Notes: a model not told the origin generated them from the sequence alone. A stretch of DNA of 64,000 nucleotides from Thermoprotei archaeon (GCA_038881895.1 JAVZOV010000002.1:352208-416207), one strand, 5' to 3'. Positions 37,327-47,838 are shown, counted from the stretch's first letter. Program-made: numbers and translations.

Positions 37327-39201
37327 CTATTTTACCTCCATTATAGCTCTGTATGGGCATATCTGAGCACATGAACCGCATCCAGTGCATAACAATGGAT
37401 CTATGAATGCTTTGTTCCCTGAAAGGCTAATAGCAGGACATGTGAAATAATCCGTACAGACTTTACATCCAGTGCACTTCAAATTATCAACAGTATAAAG
37501 TTTCATTTTTTCTCCACGGACTCTATGAAGATTTATTTCCTCAAGAGCACATAATCCACGTGAAATCACAACAGCAGGTCTCTTATTTTCAAGAACATAT
37601 TTTATTGCATTCTTAATAATGTCTATACCATCCTTTATATTAAAAGAATTAATAACTTTCACATATTCAATGCCCAATGATTGTACTATATTCTCAATTG
37701 GTATTCCTCCTGTACCGAGAAGTACGCCAGTGCCCGGATGACTCTGTTGACCTGTCATAGCAGTAACACCATTATCCATAACAAGAATTAACAAAGGTGT
37801 ACGATTATGAACCGCATTAATTAAAGCAGGTATGGCGGCATGATAAAATGTAGAGTCGCCTACAGCTGCAACGATAAACTGATCTTGTAAGAATGCTAAT
37901 CCCTGTCCAACACCAACGCCAGCCCCCATAGAATAAAGAACGTCACCAAATCCAAACGGTGGATTTACAGATAAACTATAACATCCAATATCATTACTGT
38001 AAATGTAACTGACTCGCATAATAGCTAATGCTCTTTGCAATGAGTACAACGTAGATCTGTGCGGACAACCGGCACAAAAAGCTGGAGGTCTAGGTGGTAA
38101 AAATTTTGTTAACTCGTTATTAATGTTATCGTAAAATGAATAATCCCTAGAAACTTTAACACCAGTTAATTTGGAAAGAGCAATTATTACATGTCTTGGG
38201 CTCAGCTCATAGAACTCTGGAATTAAATCCTTTCCGTGTATTCGTTTTACCAAATTCTCATCTACCATGATACTTTTTACGCTATTTTCAATTATTGGAT
38301 CTAACTCCTCAACAACTAATATTTCATTAACAGATCTAATAAAATCACTAACAACTTTTTTTGGTATTGGATAAGTGAAAGCTAACTTTAGAATACTCAC
38401 TGCATCCCATAAATCTAAAGTGTCTACAGCCTCAACAACATTTGAATATGCAGCTCCAGCAGTTATTATTCCTAATCTTGAACCACTTTCGATTCTTTTT
38501 TCTAACTTGACCTCCTCAATCAAATTGTTCAATTTATTAAAACGTTCTAAAAGGAGTATCTTATTCTTCTTAGCGATAGAAGGTAAAAGTTGGAAACGTC
38601 CAGGATTCTTACTAAACAATGGTTTTCTATCCATCTTTATAACTTTTCCAAGTTTAACAACTCCACGAGAATGACTAACACGAGTAGTAGTTCTTAATAT
38701 GACTGGCAACTCAACTTTTTCTGAAATGTCAAAAGCAACCTTTACAAAATCTTTGCACTCTTGAGCGTTACTAGGTTCAATAACTGGAACGTGCGCAAGT
38801 TGGCCATAAAATCTAGTATCCTGTTCATTCTGAGATGAATACATACTAGGATCATCAGCAACCACTACAACAAGACCGCCAATTACACCAGTGTAAGCGG
38901 AACTCACGAAGGAATCAGCTGCAACATTTAAACCTACGTGCTTCATTGTAACTAATGCCCTAAGTCCTGAAAGTGATGCAGCGATACCATTTTCATAAGC
39001 AACCTTCTCATTCACTGCCCATCCAGCTTTTATTCCAACTTTGTCAGCAACATTAATTAAAGTCTCTAAAACTTCAGTAGAAGGAGTGCCTGGATAACCA
39101 GAAGCAAGATCAACTCCTGCTTCAAGAGCTCCTCTAGCAATTGCTTCATTACCAAGAAGATAAACAATTTTTTCAGAAGAATCTAAAATCTCATGCCTCA
39201 T
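37327..39201 (-). CDS. iorA: Indolepyruvate:ferredoxin oxidoreductase alpha subunit
   Basis: 624 aa with TPP-binding GDSTFYH...MDNG and C-terminal 2x[4Fe-4S] motifs CTGCKVC...CP and CTGCGSCAQICP. Confidence 0.8.
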   Translation of the reverse strand: MRHEILDSSEKIVYLLGNEAIARGALEAGVDLASGYPGTPSTEVLETLINVADKVGIKAGWAVNEKVAYENGIAASLSGLRALVTMKHVGLNVAADSFVSSAYTGVIGGLVVVVADDPSMYSSQNEQDTRFYGQLAHVPVIEPSNAQECKDFVKVAFDISEKVELPVILRTTTRVSHSRGVVKLGKVIKMDRKPLFSKNPGRFQLLPSIAKKNKILLLERFNKLNNLIEEVKLEKRIESGSRLGIITAGAAYSNVVEAVDTLDLWDAVSILKLAFTYPIPKKVVSDFIRSVNEILVVEELDPIIENSVKSIMVDENLVKRIHGKDLIPEFYELSPRHVIIALSKLTGVKVSRDYSFYDNINNELTKFLPPRPPAFCAGCPHRSTLYSLQRALAIMRVSYIYSNDIGCYSLSVNPPFGFGDVLYSMGAGVGVGQGLAFLQDQFIVAAVGDSTFYHAAIPALINAVHNRTPLLILVMDNGVTAMTGQQSHPGTGVLLGTGGIPIENIVQSLGIEYVKVINSFNIKDGIDIIKNAIKYVLENKRPAVVISRGLCALEEINLHRVRGEKMKLYTVDNLKCTGCKVCTDYFTCPAISLSGNKAFIDPLLCTGCGSCAQICPYRAIMEVK

Positions 39202-39455
39202 ACATAATCACCATAAGATAGATGATTCATACCAATACATGAAAAACTTAGTGATAGATAAAGTTATCATTTTTGATCCCTCATAAAAACCAAAAAGATA
39301 TTCACTATAAAATTTTGCGTAAGAAATTCGCCCAGAAACCCTATCTTAGTTCTAGTATTATGTTGTTAGTAAGCTTAACAGGTAATAACATTAAAATGAG
39401 CTTTAACCTTATATATTCGTTTATATCAATGTGAGATAGAGACAGGTGGTATGTG

Positions 39456-40766
39456 ATGTCATCTAAAAAACCACACATGAACCTGATAGTGGCAGGACAC
39501 GTAGATCACGGTAAATCAACTACGGTAGGACACATACTTACTCTACTAGGAATCGTTGACGAGCGCAAGATGAAAGAAATAGAAGAGGAAGCTAAAAAGA
39601 AAGGCAAAGAGTTTGCAAAATATGCTTGGATTCTTGATACCTACAAAGAAGAACGAGAGAGAGACATGACAGTAAACCTTTCATTCTTAGAATTTGAAAC
39701 GAAAAAATACTATTGGACTATTATAGATGCTCCAGGTCATAGGGACTTCGTAAAAAACATGGTAACAGGAGCATCACAAGCTGATGCAGCTATATTAGTT
39801 GTCTCAGCTAAAAGAGGTGAATATGAAGCAGGTACAGGCGTCACAGGCCAAACACGAGAACATGCATTCCTTTTAAAAACTATGGGTGTTAACCAATTAG
39901 TAGTTACTGTGAACAAAATGGATGATGAAACAGTCCAGTGGAGTAAACAGCGATACGAGGAAGTAAAAAGCGGGTTAGAAAAAATGCTAAAAATGCTTGG
40001 ATATAAAACTGATACAATACGCTTTATTCCAACCTCCGCATGGTATGGTGATAACTTGTTAGAACGCAGTAAAAATACATCATGGTATGATGGACCAACT
40101 TTGATAGAAGCTTTAGACGAATTCTCTCAACCACCAAGACTTATTGACAAACCATTAAGATTACCAGTAGAAGCGGTTTACAGCATTTCTGGTGTCGGTC
40201 TGGTACCTGTAGGTAGGGTTGAAACTGGTATTATGAAACCTGGTGATATGGTAGTGTTCATGCCTGCAGGAAAAAAGGCTGAAATAAAGTCAATAGAAAT
40301 GCACCATAAAAGACTCGATCAGGCAGTACCTGGTGACAACATTGGTTTTAACGTAAAAGGTGTTGAGAAAAACGATGTAAAGAGAGGAGACGTTATAGGT
40401 CCTGAAAGCTCTCCACCAACTGTTGCACAAGAATTCACAGCAAGAATCTTCGTCCTCTATCACCCAACATCCATAGCGGTAGGCTATACTCCAGTCATGC
40501 ACGTTCATACAGCAACTGTTGCTACACAATTCGTTGAACTATCAAAGAAACTTGATCCTAGAACAGGACAAACAATTGAAAACAATCCTAAGTTCCTGAA
40601 ACAGGGTGATGCAGCAATTGTAAGATTAAAACCATTAAGACCAACACCAATCGAAATATATCAGAACTTCCCACCATTAGGCAGATTCGCTATTAGAGAT
40701 ATGGGCAGAACTATAGCAGCCGGTGTAATATTAGATATTAAGCCATTAGAAATTAAGATTAAGTAA
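39456..40766 (+). CDS. tuf: Translation elongation factor EF-1alpha (aEF1A)
   Basis: GHVDHGKST, DAPGHRDF and NKMD GTPase motifs. ATG 39456 follows AGGTGG. Confidence 0.95.
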   Translation: MSSKKPHMNLIVAGHVDHGKSTTVGHILTLLGIVDERKMKEIEEEAKKKGKEFAKYAWILDTYKEERERDMTVNLSFLEFETKKYYWTIIDAPGHRDFVKNMVTGASQADAAILVVSAKRGEYEAGTGVTGQTREHAFLLKTMGVNQLVVTVNKMDDETVQWSKQRYEEVKSGLEKMLKMLGYKTDTIRFIPTSAWYGDNLLERSKNTSWYDGPTLIEALDEFSQPPRLIDKPLRLPVEAVYSISGVGLVPVGRVETGIMKPGDMVVFMPAGKKAEIKSIEMHHKRLDQAVPGDNIGFNVKGVEKNDVKRGDVIGPESSPPTVAQEFTARIFVLYHPTSIAVGYTPVMHVHTATVATQFVELSKKLDPRTGQTIENNPKFLKQGDAAIVRLKPLRPTPIEIYQNFPPLGRFAIRDMGRTIAAGVILDIKPLEIKIK

Positions 40767-40785
40767 AACCTACAAGGCGACCATA

Positions 40786-41100
40786 ATGCCTCAAGTAGCG
40801 CGTATAAAGCTTTCAAGTTTAAATTTAACAGAGCTAGAACAAGTTGTAGCAGAAATAAAAGATATTGCGGAAAAACAGGGCTCTAAAATTGCAGGACCAA
40901 TCCCATTGCCAACGAAACGATTAAGAGTTGTCACTAGAAAAACACCGTGCGGTGAAGGAACACATACGTTCGATAAATGGGAAATGCGCATTCACTCAAG
41001 ACTAATTGATGTAGTTGCAAGCGATCGATTAATGAGACAGATAATGAGAATCAAAGTACCTGATACTGTAAAGATCGAAATCAAACTTTTAACTTCTTAA
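40786..41100 (+). CDS. rps10: 30S ribosomal protein uS10
   Basis: 104 aa with ARIKLSS...GPIPLPTKRL...FDKWEMRIHSRLID; the conserved tuf-rps10 pair. Confidence 0.93.
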   Translation: MPQVARIKLSSLNLTELEQVVAEIKDIAEKQGSKIAGPIPLPTKRLRVVTRKTPCGEGTHTFDKWEMRIHSRLIDVVASDRLMRQIMRIKVPDTVKIEIKLLTS

Positions 41101-41139
41101 TAGATAAAGTTTTTAAATAAAATTAAATTTCTTTATCAT

Positions 41140-41257
41140 GCCGGGGCTCCTAGCCGGGGTTGTAAAAAAGACCCCGAGGGCCGAGTGGATCAAGGCGCAG
41201 GCCTTGAGAGCCTGTGTCCGTTTAACGGACTCGCGGGTTCGAATCCCGCCCCCGGCG
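41140..41257 (+). tRNA. tRNA-Ser(UGA) with predicted 29-nt intron in the D-loop (41154..41182)
   Basis: Same acceptor, variable arm and T-arm as the 20.4-kb tRNA-Ser. Anticodon loop ctTGAga. The intron contains hairpin cgggg-N12-ccccg, and a BHB can be drawn with bulges agc and ccg. Confidence 0.85.
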
Positions 41258-41466
41258 CTTTATAAAAAAAGAAATAATAAAACCTATCAAGAATTATCCA
41301 GCATATAAGCATTGATCATGATGTGTATGGTTAATAATTTCTTTATTAACAAATTTAACCGAAACAACAAACGTTTTCTATAGGGAAAGAAGATCAGCTA
41401 AAAGCTTTCATTTTTGTTAACAAAATAGTGTTATATTCTCAACGTTTATAAATAATATGAGATAAC

Positions 41467-42384
41467 ATGGTCGATGTGATTGCAGTTGGAAATGCTAATA
41501 TTGATCTTATGTTTACGATAACATATTTTCCTAAACCAGATGAGGAAGTTCTAGGCAAAGATTTTAGAATTGTACCTGGAGGTTCAGCATCTAATTTTGC
41601 AGTAGCAATTTCGCGCCTTGGGGTTGCAACAGGTCTTATAGCATCTCTTGGTGATGATGCCTTTGGACAATTGATAATGAATAATCTAAAAAATGAAAAT
41701 ATTGATATATCTCACATCAAAGTTATTAAAAATTTCCCCACGGGCATAGTTACAATATTCATAGATGAACATGGAGAGAGAAGAATGATTGCATATAGAG
41801 GTGCGAACCTAATGCTGAGTAAAGATGATATAGACGTGAGATATATTAAATCGGCAAAATTAGTTCATCTAAGCGGAACAAAATTAGACCTATCTGAATA
41901 TATTTCATCTATAGCAAAGCACGAAGGCTTAACTGTATCTTTTGACCCAGGAAGTGTGATATCTTCAATGGGTATTATAAAATGTAAAACAGTGCTTAGT
42001 AATACTGATATACTATTTGTTAACCGCCTAGAGATCATACAATTAACAGGAATACAAGATATTTTGAATGGTGTTTATGAATTAATCAACTATGGGCCTT
42101 CTATAGTAGTTGTGAAATTAGGCTCGGAAGGATCACTGGCTGTAACTAAGAATAAGAAGATAAGAGTTCCTGCATTTAAGGTCAAAGTTATTAATACAAC
42201 CGGTGCAGGTGATGCATTTGATGCAGGATTTCTGAAAGCATTTTTATTTAATATGAAAATAGAAGATGCGCTAAAAATTGGTAACGCAGTTGCAGCATTA
42301 TCAATAACAAAACCTGAGCCAAGGTTATCATTTCCTAAATTTGATGAAGTAGCGCATTTCTTAAGAACACAGACTTCATCATAA
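41467..42384 (+). CDS. PfkB-family carbohydrate kinase (ribokinase/KDG-kinase-like)
   Basis: 305 aa with N-terminal GNANIDL and C-terminal TTGAGDAFDAGF. Confidence 0.8.
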   Translation: MVDVIAVGNANIDLMFTITYFPKPDEEVLGKDFRIVPGGSASNFAVAISRLGVATGLIASLGDDAFGQLIMNNLKNENIDISHIKVIKNFPTGIVTIFIDEHGERRMIAYRGANLMLSKDDIDVRYIKSAKLVHLSGTKLDLSEYISSIAKHEGLTVSFDPGSVISSMGIIKCKTVLSNTDILFVNRLEIIQLTGIQDILNGVYELINYGPSIVVVKLGSEGSLAVTKNKKIRVPAFKVKVINTTGAGDAFDAGFLKAFLFNMKIEDALKIGNAVAALSITKPEPRLSFPKFDEVAHFLRTQTSS

Positions 42385-42461
42385 CATCTCTGCTTTGTTG
42401 TTATAAGCATTATACATAGGTGAAAAGATATATAATATTAAAGCTAATCGTTCGAAAACTG

Positions 42462-42477
42462 CTGAAGAACTCTTCAG
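42462..42477. terminator. Perfect 7-bp hairpin between convergent genes, flanked by an A6/T6 tract
   Basis: ctgaaga-ac-tcttcag, followed by aaaaaa at 42481-42486 (T6 on the minus strand); sits between the pfkB-like and S-component genes. Confidence 0.35.
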
Positions 42478-42533
42478 AGCAAAAAAGAGATTAATAATAT
42501 CAAATTTTGTGATAACTTAATTTAGAAATTGTA

Positions 42534-43235
42534 CTACAATACTAATCTCTTTCTTAACGATCTATATATTGGTAAGCTTATTAAAAGTCCTATGGTCATC
42601 TGTCCTATGTTAAATGGTATCTCTGCATAGGCTTCGGCTCCAACTATGATTAGTTCATACAAAAAGTATCCAGTCACCATTTCTATGCCACCAATTATTA
42701 CTGAGAATGCTATCCAACCTAGTTCAGGATCAAGCTTTAGTGTACTTGCTATAATACCTATTAATGCAAAAATTACTAAAATTATCCACAAAATTCCTGG
42801 TATTAATAAAGTAAAGACGAAACTCCCTATTGTAAACTCTGCAATACCCTGATAATACATAAAGAGTACTACCATTGCGATAACTAAAATTATTGATAAA
42901 ATTCCTACTAATCCAGCTCTCCATGATTTTTTAGCTATTTTCTTCGAAAATTTATGTGTCAGATAGCCTGTAATAAAGCCTTCTAAACCTTTAATTACCA
43001 ATGTCCCAGGTGCATACTGAAAATAACCTAAGGTTATATCTGATATGGCAGAACCAACACCACCCGCAAATGCCCCAACATATGGACCAAAAAGTAATGC
43101 AGTAAGATAAACTGCAGCTTCTCCTATATTAAAATACCCACGTGTAGGTGCTATATAGACACTTATGGCCATGGTAGTTACTGCTACTAAAGCAGTCATG
43201 ACACTAGTTATGGCAATAATCATAGTCTTATTCAT
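42534..43235 (-). CDS. Solitary ECF S-component-like membrane protein
   Basis: Multi-TM; LLFGPYVGAFAGGVGSAISD is paralogous to LFGPLIGFLSGAIGNTLW of the 29554 gene. Start ATG 43235 (MNKTMIIAIT). Confidence 0.5.
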   Translation of the reverse strand: MNKTMIIAITSVMTALVAVTTMAISVYIAPTRGYFNIGEAAVYLTALLFGPYVGAFAGGVGSAISDITLGYFQYAPGTLVIKGLEGFITGYLTHKFSKKIAKKSWRAGLVGILSIILVIAMVVLFMYYQGIAEFTIGSFVFTLLIPGILWIILVIFALIGIIASTLKLDPELGWIAFSVIIGGIEMVTGYFLYELIIVGAEAYAEIPFNIGQMTIGLLISLPIYRSLRKRLVL

Positions 43236-43661
43236 ATCATATTGATTAGAAAGATTCCAATGTATAAGTATTAGCTTATGCATAAGTCACTGTTGGAATA
43301 AAATTTTGCTACACAATCTTTAGTTATGTGTTAACAATAATTTCATGAACATATGTTGATAATAATATAAAAATTTTAAGTCGAAAAAATAAACGAATAC
43401 AACTTATCGTATGAGAAAATTAACTTCTGATGACCTACTTACCTTTCTTCTTTTTCCCTTTTTTCTCTTCTTTCTTTTCTTCTGGTTTAGCTGCTTCAGA
43501 CATTTTAGGTCACCGTTAAATATTCAATGATAACCTAAAAATAAAATTTTTCTTTAAAATTTAACAAATAATAAGATAAATAATTCCAATGAAATAATAA
43601 TTCTTGTATATTTTATTAAAATCTTTTCAAAATAATCAAATGTTTAATGTATAATCTATAA

Positions 43662-44099
43662 TTATTTTAATAACGCATCGTTTTTAGTGTGAGACTGAGT
43701 TGAATTCTTATGATGCCTCAGCATGTTCATTGTTGTGTATGCTTTTACACCACGTCCTCCCCTATATGCAAGCGTTTTTACACTAAGCGGACTCACAGAC
43801 CCTGTTCTAGATGTCCATACAGAAACTCGTTCAGTAAGCAAGTCACGCCAGCTTAATTTTTTTGCTCGTATAGCTAAAAAGAGCATGTGATAAAGTGCTG
43901 CTGTAGCTTTATTACCTTTAGTATTTTCTGACGCCCACTTTGTTGATAACTCTGCTAACATCTCTAAACCATCAGGTGGACTTAATACTGACAACTGAGC
44001 TTCACTTTTATCTGAAGTAAATCTAACTATAAGTATCTTACCACTTTTTGTTATCCACATTTTTACATCTTGATACTTTGAATTCATTGCTGAACACAA
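43662..44099 (-). CDS. Hypothetical protein
   Basis: 145-aa ORF with no recognisable motif; abuts IS copy 2. Confidence 0.35.
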   Translation of the reverse strand: MCSAMNSKYQDVKMWITKSGKILIVRFTSDKSEAQLSVLSPPDGLEMLAELSTKWASENTKGNKATAALYHMLFLAIRAKKLSWRDLLTERVSVWTSRTGSVSPLSVKTLAYRGGRGVKAYTTMNMLRHHKNSTQSHTKNDALLK

Positions 44100-44189
44100 T
44101 ACGTAAATTTCAACGAGTAATATATTTCTTGTCTTACACTTTATGGTATTTTAATATAAATTTTACATGAATATTCGATAAGAAACCCT

Positions 44190-45409
44190 TTAGTTTTGTG
44201 AGAGATTTTCAATAAGCTTATGTATGTTTTTAGATATAATATTTTGGGTTCTGAGTTGAGTAGGAATACATGGTGAATTGTTATTTTCATTCCTACTTAA
44301 CTCTTCCCCCTTGATTAGCTCATTGGGGGCTCTCGGGGTGAACCCTTCTCCCCGCATCTGAAGGTTCAACACCGCTACAATATCCCTATCCATTGTTAAC
44401 CCGCATTCTTCGCACTTCATTATCCTGCCCAGATAGGAAGCCATGCTTCCTGAGCAGGCTGGGCAGGTTTTAGATGAGTTGGCTGGGTTAACGTATTTCA
44501 CTGGTAAATCAAGCCATTTAAGCTTGTATTCAAGCATAAACTGAAACGCTCTTGCGTTCCACTTTGAGAGCTTTCTATTATTTTTTCTTGAGCCGTTGAG
44601 GATTCGCCCCTTTACACCTTTCAGGTTTTCAAGTATTGCTCCGCAGTTCTTCTCCTTGAGCTCCCCCGCAACCTGCGTGGTTAACTTGTGCATGAAGTCC
44701 TTGGCTCTATTCTTCTCACGCTTAGAGTACTTCTTGAGGAGCATCTTTGATGTATTGGGCTTAATCTTAGATAACTTTTGTATCCTCTGCCGCTTAGTTT
44801 CATAGGTTCTGTGAATATGGTAGAGCTCTCTTAAGTCATAGCACTTAATCTCGCCACCTATGAACGCCGTTATGTTCGTTAAGTTAACATCGAAGGAAGC
44901 CCATTTTTCCGCCTTCGGCTCAACCCTCTTCTTAACCGTTACTATAAGCTCACTTTCAGTCATAAGTAGTCCACCGACTTTATCAAAGTCTCTTGGAATC
45001 CACGAACACTTACTTAAGTCGACCTCAAGATACCGCTTATTCGGTTCAATGCTTACCCTCAGTATACCGTTTCTGAAGCTGAAGAGCGTGCTCTTAATGT
45101 AGACTGTCCTCTTAGTTATCTCAGGCTTACCTTCAGCTTTCCCCCTATTATATAGTGTTATCCAGCCCTTAACCAATCCGATAACGGAGTTTATTGCTGA
45201 GTCAACGTAATGCTTTGAAAACCTCCAGTCTTTCAGCAGTTCATCTCTAAGCTTCTTCCTATCTTCTCTACTGATGCTTAGATGGACTTTATTGGAAAAC
45301 CTTACATGAGCGAAAATGTGCTCCAAAGCCTTCTGCTTAACTTTGAAGTATTCTTCGATAAATCCTTCGGAGCCTCTACTGGAATTCTGTAGCTCTTAAC
45401 TGCTTCCAT
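44190..45409 (-). pseudogene. tnpB: tnpB with N-terminal frameshift and stop-codon loss (ancestral stop at 44256-44258 is now CAA)
   Basis: Ancestral ATG at 45409 (atggaagcagttaagagc). gatttatcgaag versus gatttaatcgagg in copy 1. The reading frame runs 22 codons past the IS end. Confidence 0.7.
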
Positions 45410-45570
45410 AATCTTTCAACCTCGCTCTTTGGATATCTCAGCTTACCAGTTGGGAGCCTAACAGCCCTAATAATGCCTTTCCTTTGCCACTCCCAAAGCG
45501 TTTTAACTGAGATGTTGAATATCTTTGCAACATCTTTAGGTCTAAGCAGTTCTTCGTAATCTCCAGACAT
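45376..45570 (-). CDS. MerR/excisionase-type HTH protein of IS copy 2
   Basis: MSGDYEELLRPKDVAKIFNISVKTLWEWQRKGIIRAVRLPTGKLRYPKSEVERL. Confidence 0.65.
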   Translation of the reverse strand: MSGDYEELLRPKDVAKIFNISVKTLWEWQRKGIIRAVRLPTGKLRYPKSEVERLWKQLRATEFQ

Positions 45571-45782
45571 CGTTAAGGATAAAGCAATCAACCTCTATTT
45601 AAACCTGTCCGTCTCGAAACTGCTGACAACGGCGCTGCTCTAATCATATAACATCTAAAGTACTCTACTAACAATGTTAGATTCTTTAATCACAAGTAGT
45701 AAATAAAATAATTAAATAATTATAGTTTTTAGTTTACTTTGCAACGATCAAATTCATTTAAAAAGAAAAAGTGATATTTTAA

Positions 45783-46247
45783 TTAGCCGAGTATCTTCTT
45801 AATCTCCTCTATTTTATCCTTAAGTTGTGTATTTTCTATTTTCAGAACTTCATTCTCTCTCAGTAATTTGTTGTATTCATCCTCACTAACATATCTCAAT
45901 ATCTTATAATCCTCCCATATTATTTTATTCGATCCCTGATCATAATAACCATTGACAGTGATTTTAATTATATCCAGTTTTCCTATTTTTCTTTTTTCCA
46001 CTATTTCGTTATGAAGTTTCATGTTGAGCTCTGAAACATCCCTTATTATAACATCCTTGGGCACCATTTTACTAAGAGCAACTATAGCAACTCTTCTAAG
46101 TTTATCAGCAAATCTAGCAGCTATGATCAAACCTGTACTAAGTTCAAACTTGTTCCCTCCTCTTAATGCTCCTCTCGAGTACATTAGTTCATACTCTTCA
46201 GCTCTCTCTAGATCTCTAACTTCTTCCTTCTCAGACATGATAATCAT
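45783..46247 (-). CDS. Hypothetical protein with C-terminal coiled coil
   Basis: 154 aa with heptad-like C-terminus NKLLRENEVLKIENTQLKDKIEEIKKIL. Confidence 0.45.
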   Translation of the reverse strand: MIIMSEKEEVRDLERAEEYELMYSRGALRGGNKFELSTGLIIAARFADKLRRVAIVALSKMVPKDVIIRDVSELNMKLHNEIVEKRKIGKLDIIKITVNGYYDQGSNKIIWEDYKILRYVSEDEYNKLLRENEVLKIENTQLKDKIEEIKKILG

Positions 46248-46470
46248 CCAAATAATTTATTTATTTTGGCAAATTAAAATTTTATCCTGACACTTTCTCC
46301 ATCCCGGAGAACAATATTCTCTAAAGTTTCGAGGAGTACAACTGAAAACTTTGCTTTCATGATTGAGAAGAATGTTGATGCTTTTTACAACTACATAGAA
46401 TAAAATACTAAATGAGATTTATATTAAAAGAATTATTATTTCTATAAAATTAAATTATTTGTCATGTAAA

Positions 46471-47325
46471 TTAACGAACATACGTTTTATAAAATAAGAT
46501 GCTTGCTACGGTCCAATATATTATATAAACTATAATGCCGATCCATGTACTGTAGACCATATATCCAGTAAAAGCACTAAAAATTCCACCTATCAATCCT
46601 TTATCAGAGAGAATGCTTCCCTCAGGTATATCTAAATAATAAGCTAAATGTCCTAAAACGCCTAACGATATGCCATTATCAGCTAATAAATTGACCATTT
46701 CATTCACAGTCTTAAATAAAATACCTGCAGCAAGGACAATTATGAGCAAGCTGGTATACTTGAATATAAATTGTAGCTTAATCCTTGTAAAACCTTTATT
46801 AATAACCCATAGAAAACCTAGTGCGAAAAGAATCCCAATAACACTGCCAACCATAGTACTGAAAGCAGATGATCCTATGAACGTTATTAAAAATAAAACA
46901 GTTTCCAAACCTTCTCTAGCAACAGTAGTTAACGAAAGTATCATTATACCTATTAAGTAATTCCGACTAATAAAAACCTGTAACTGTCCTTCTAACTTGT
47001 CACGCACCTTCTTAGCATTCCTAGCCATCCATATTATCATAAAAGTAAGCACAGGAACAGCAATAAAACCAGCAATTACCTCAAAAAAATCAGCACCAAC
47101 ATCACTAAGCTCGCTGTATACAAAAGATATCAGACTACCCAACACAACAGAGAGAAAAATTGCTAAACCTGCTCCTGAATATACATACTTATCTAGATCA
47201 CGTCTATTAATCCTAGCAAGATATGTAAGAATAATAAGACTAACAAGTCCAGCCTCAAGACTTTCTCTAAAAACTATAACAGCAACACCAATCCAATCAA
47301 AACTTATATTAAGCATGTAATACAC
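46471..47325 (-). CDS. FTR1/EfeU-family iron permease
   Basis: 7-TM-like protein with two REXXE motifs (FRESLEAG and AREGLETV). Confidence 0.8.
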   Translation of the reverse strand: MYYMLNISFDWIGVAVIVFRESLEAGLVSLIILTYLARINRRDLDKYVYSGAGLAIFLSVVLGSLISFVYSELSDVGADFFEVIAGFIAVPVLTFMIIWMARNAKKVRDKLEGQLQVFISRNYLIGIMILSLTTVAREGLETVLFLITFIGSSAFSTMVGSVIGILFALGFLWVINKGFTRIKLQFIFKYTSLLIIVLAAGILFKTVNEMVNLLADNGISLGVLGHLAYYLDIPEGSILSDKGLIGGIFSAFTGYMVYSTWIGIIVYIIYWTVASILFYKTYVR

Positions 47326-47537
47326 ACCTATTTTTAATACTAAATTCTATTATATATATTTTTGGTTAAAAATTATTACTAGTAGTTTTGCTTTCTATGT
47401 TATTACCTTTGATATTATGAACTACAAATTAGTGTTCCTTCTTATAACATATGTTATAATGAACTAAAAAGTTAAGAAATAAAAACATTTGATCACTGTA
47501 TCTTTGTTGCAAAGGCTCAGCAAAAAACTGCCAATGA

Positions 47538-47674
47538 GGGTTCTAAGTTATGTAGTCTTTGATGGATGCACATAGCTTTTTCCTCTCGATTTTCATCGAG
47601 GGCTCTCGGAAAAATCCATTTCCCACATCCGAAGGTTCAACACAGCTACAACATCCATATCCATTGCTAAACTC
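47538..47674 (-). pseudogene. tnpB: tnpB 3'-terminal fragment
   Basis: Reverse translation gives ...MDMDVVAVLNLRMWEMDFSESPR-stop, homologous to MDRDVVAVLNLQMRGIGFS of the intact copies. Confidence 0.65.
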
Positions 47675-47838
47675 ATTATTTTTTGATAAAAGCTGAGAAT
47701 GCTATAAATATTTTCTAAGAATTTTGTTGAAGATAATTAAATACTAAGAACGAAATAAACTAGTATCGAGAGTTATTATGGAATATGTTCATGTATAATA
47801 TTTATATTTTTAAATATTGTTTCTTTTAACGATAAGCT

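Larger units (their letters stand above)
44180..45640 (-). mobile_element. IS607/IS1341-like element, copy 2, decaying. Core 44246-45634; short RE remnant.
   Basis: Collinear with copies 1 and 3. tnpB carries a 1-nt deletion near codon 18 and has lost its stop codon. Confidence 0.8.
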
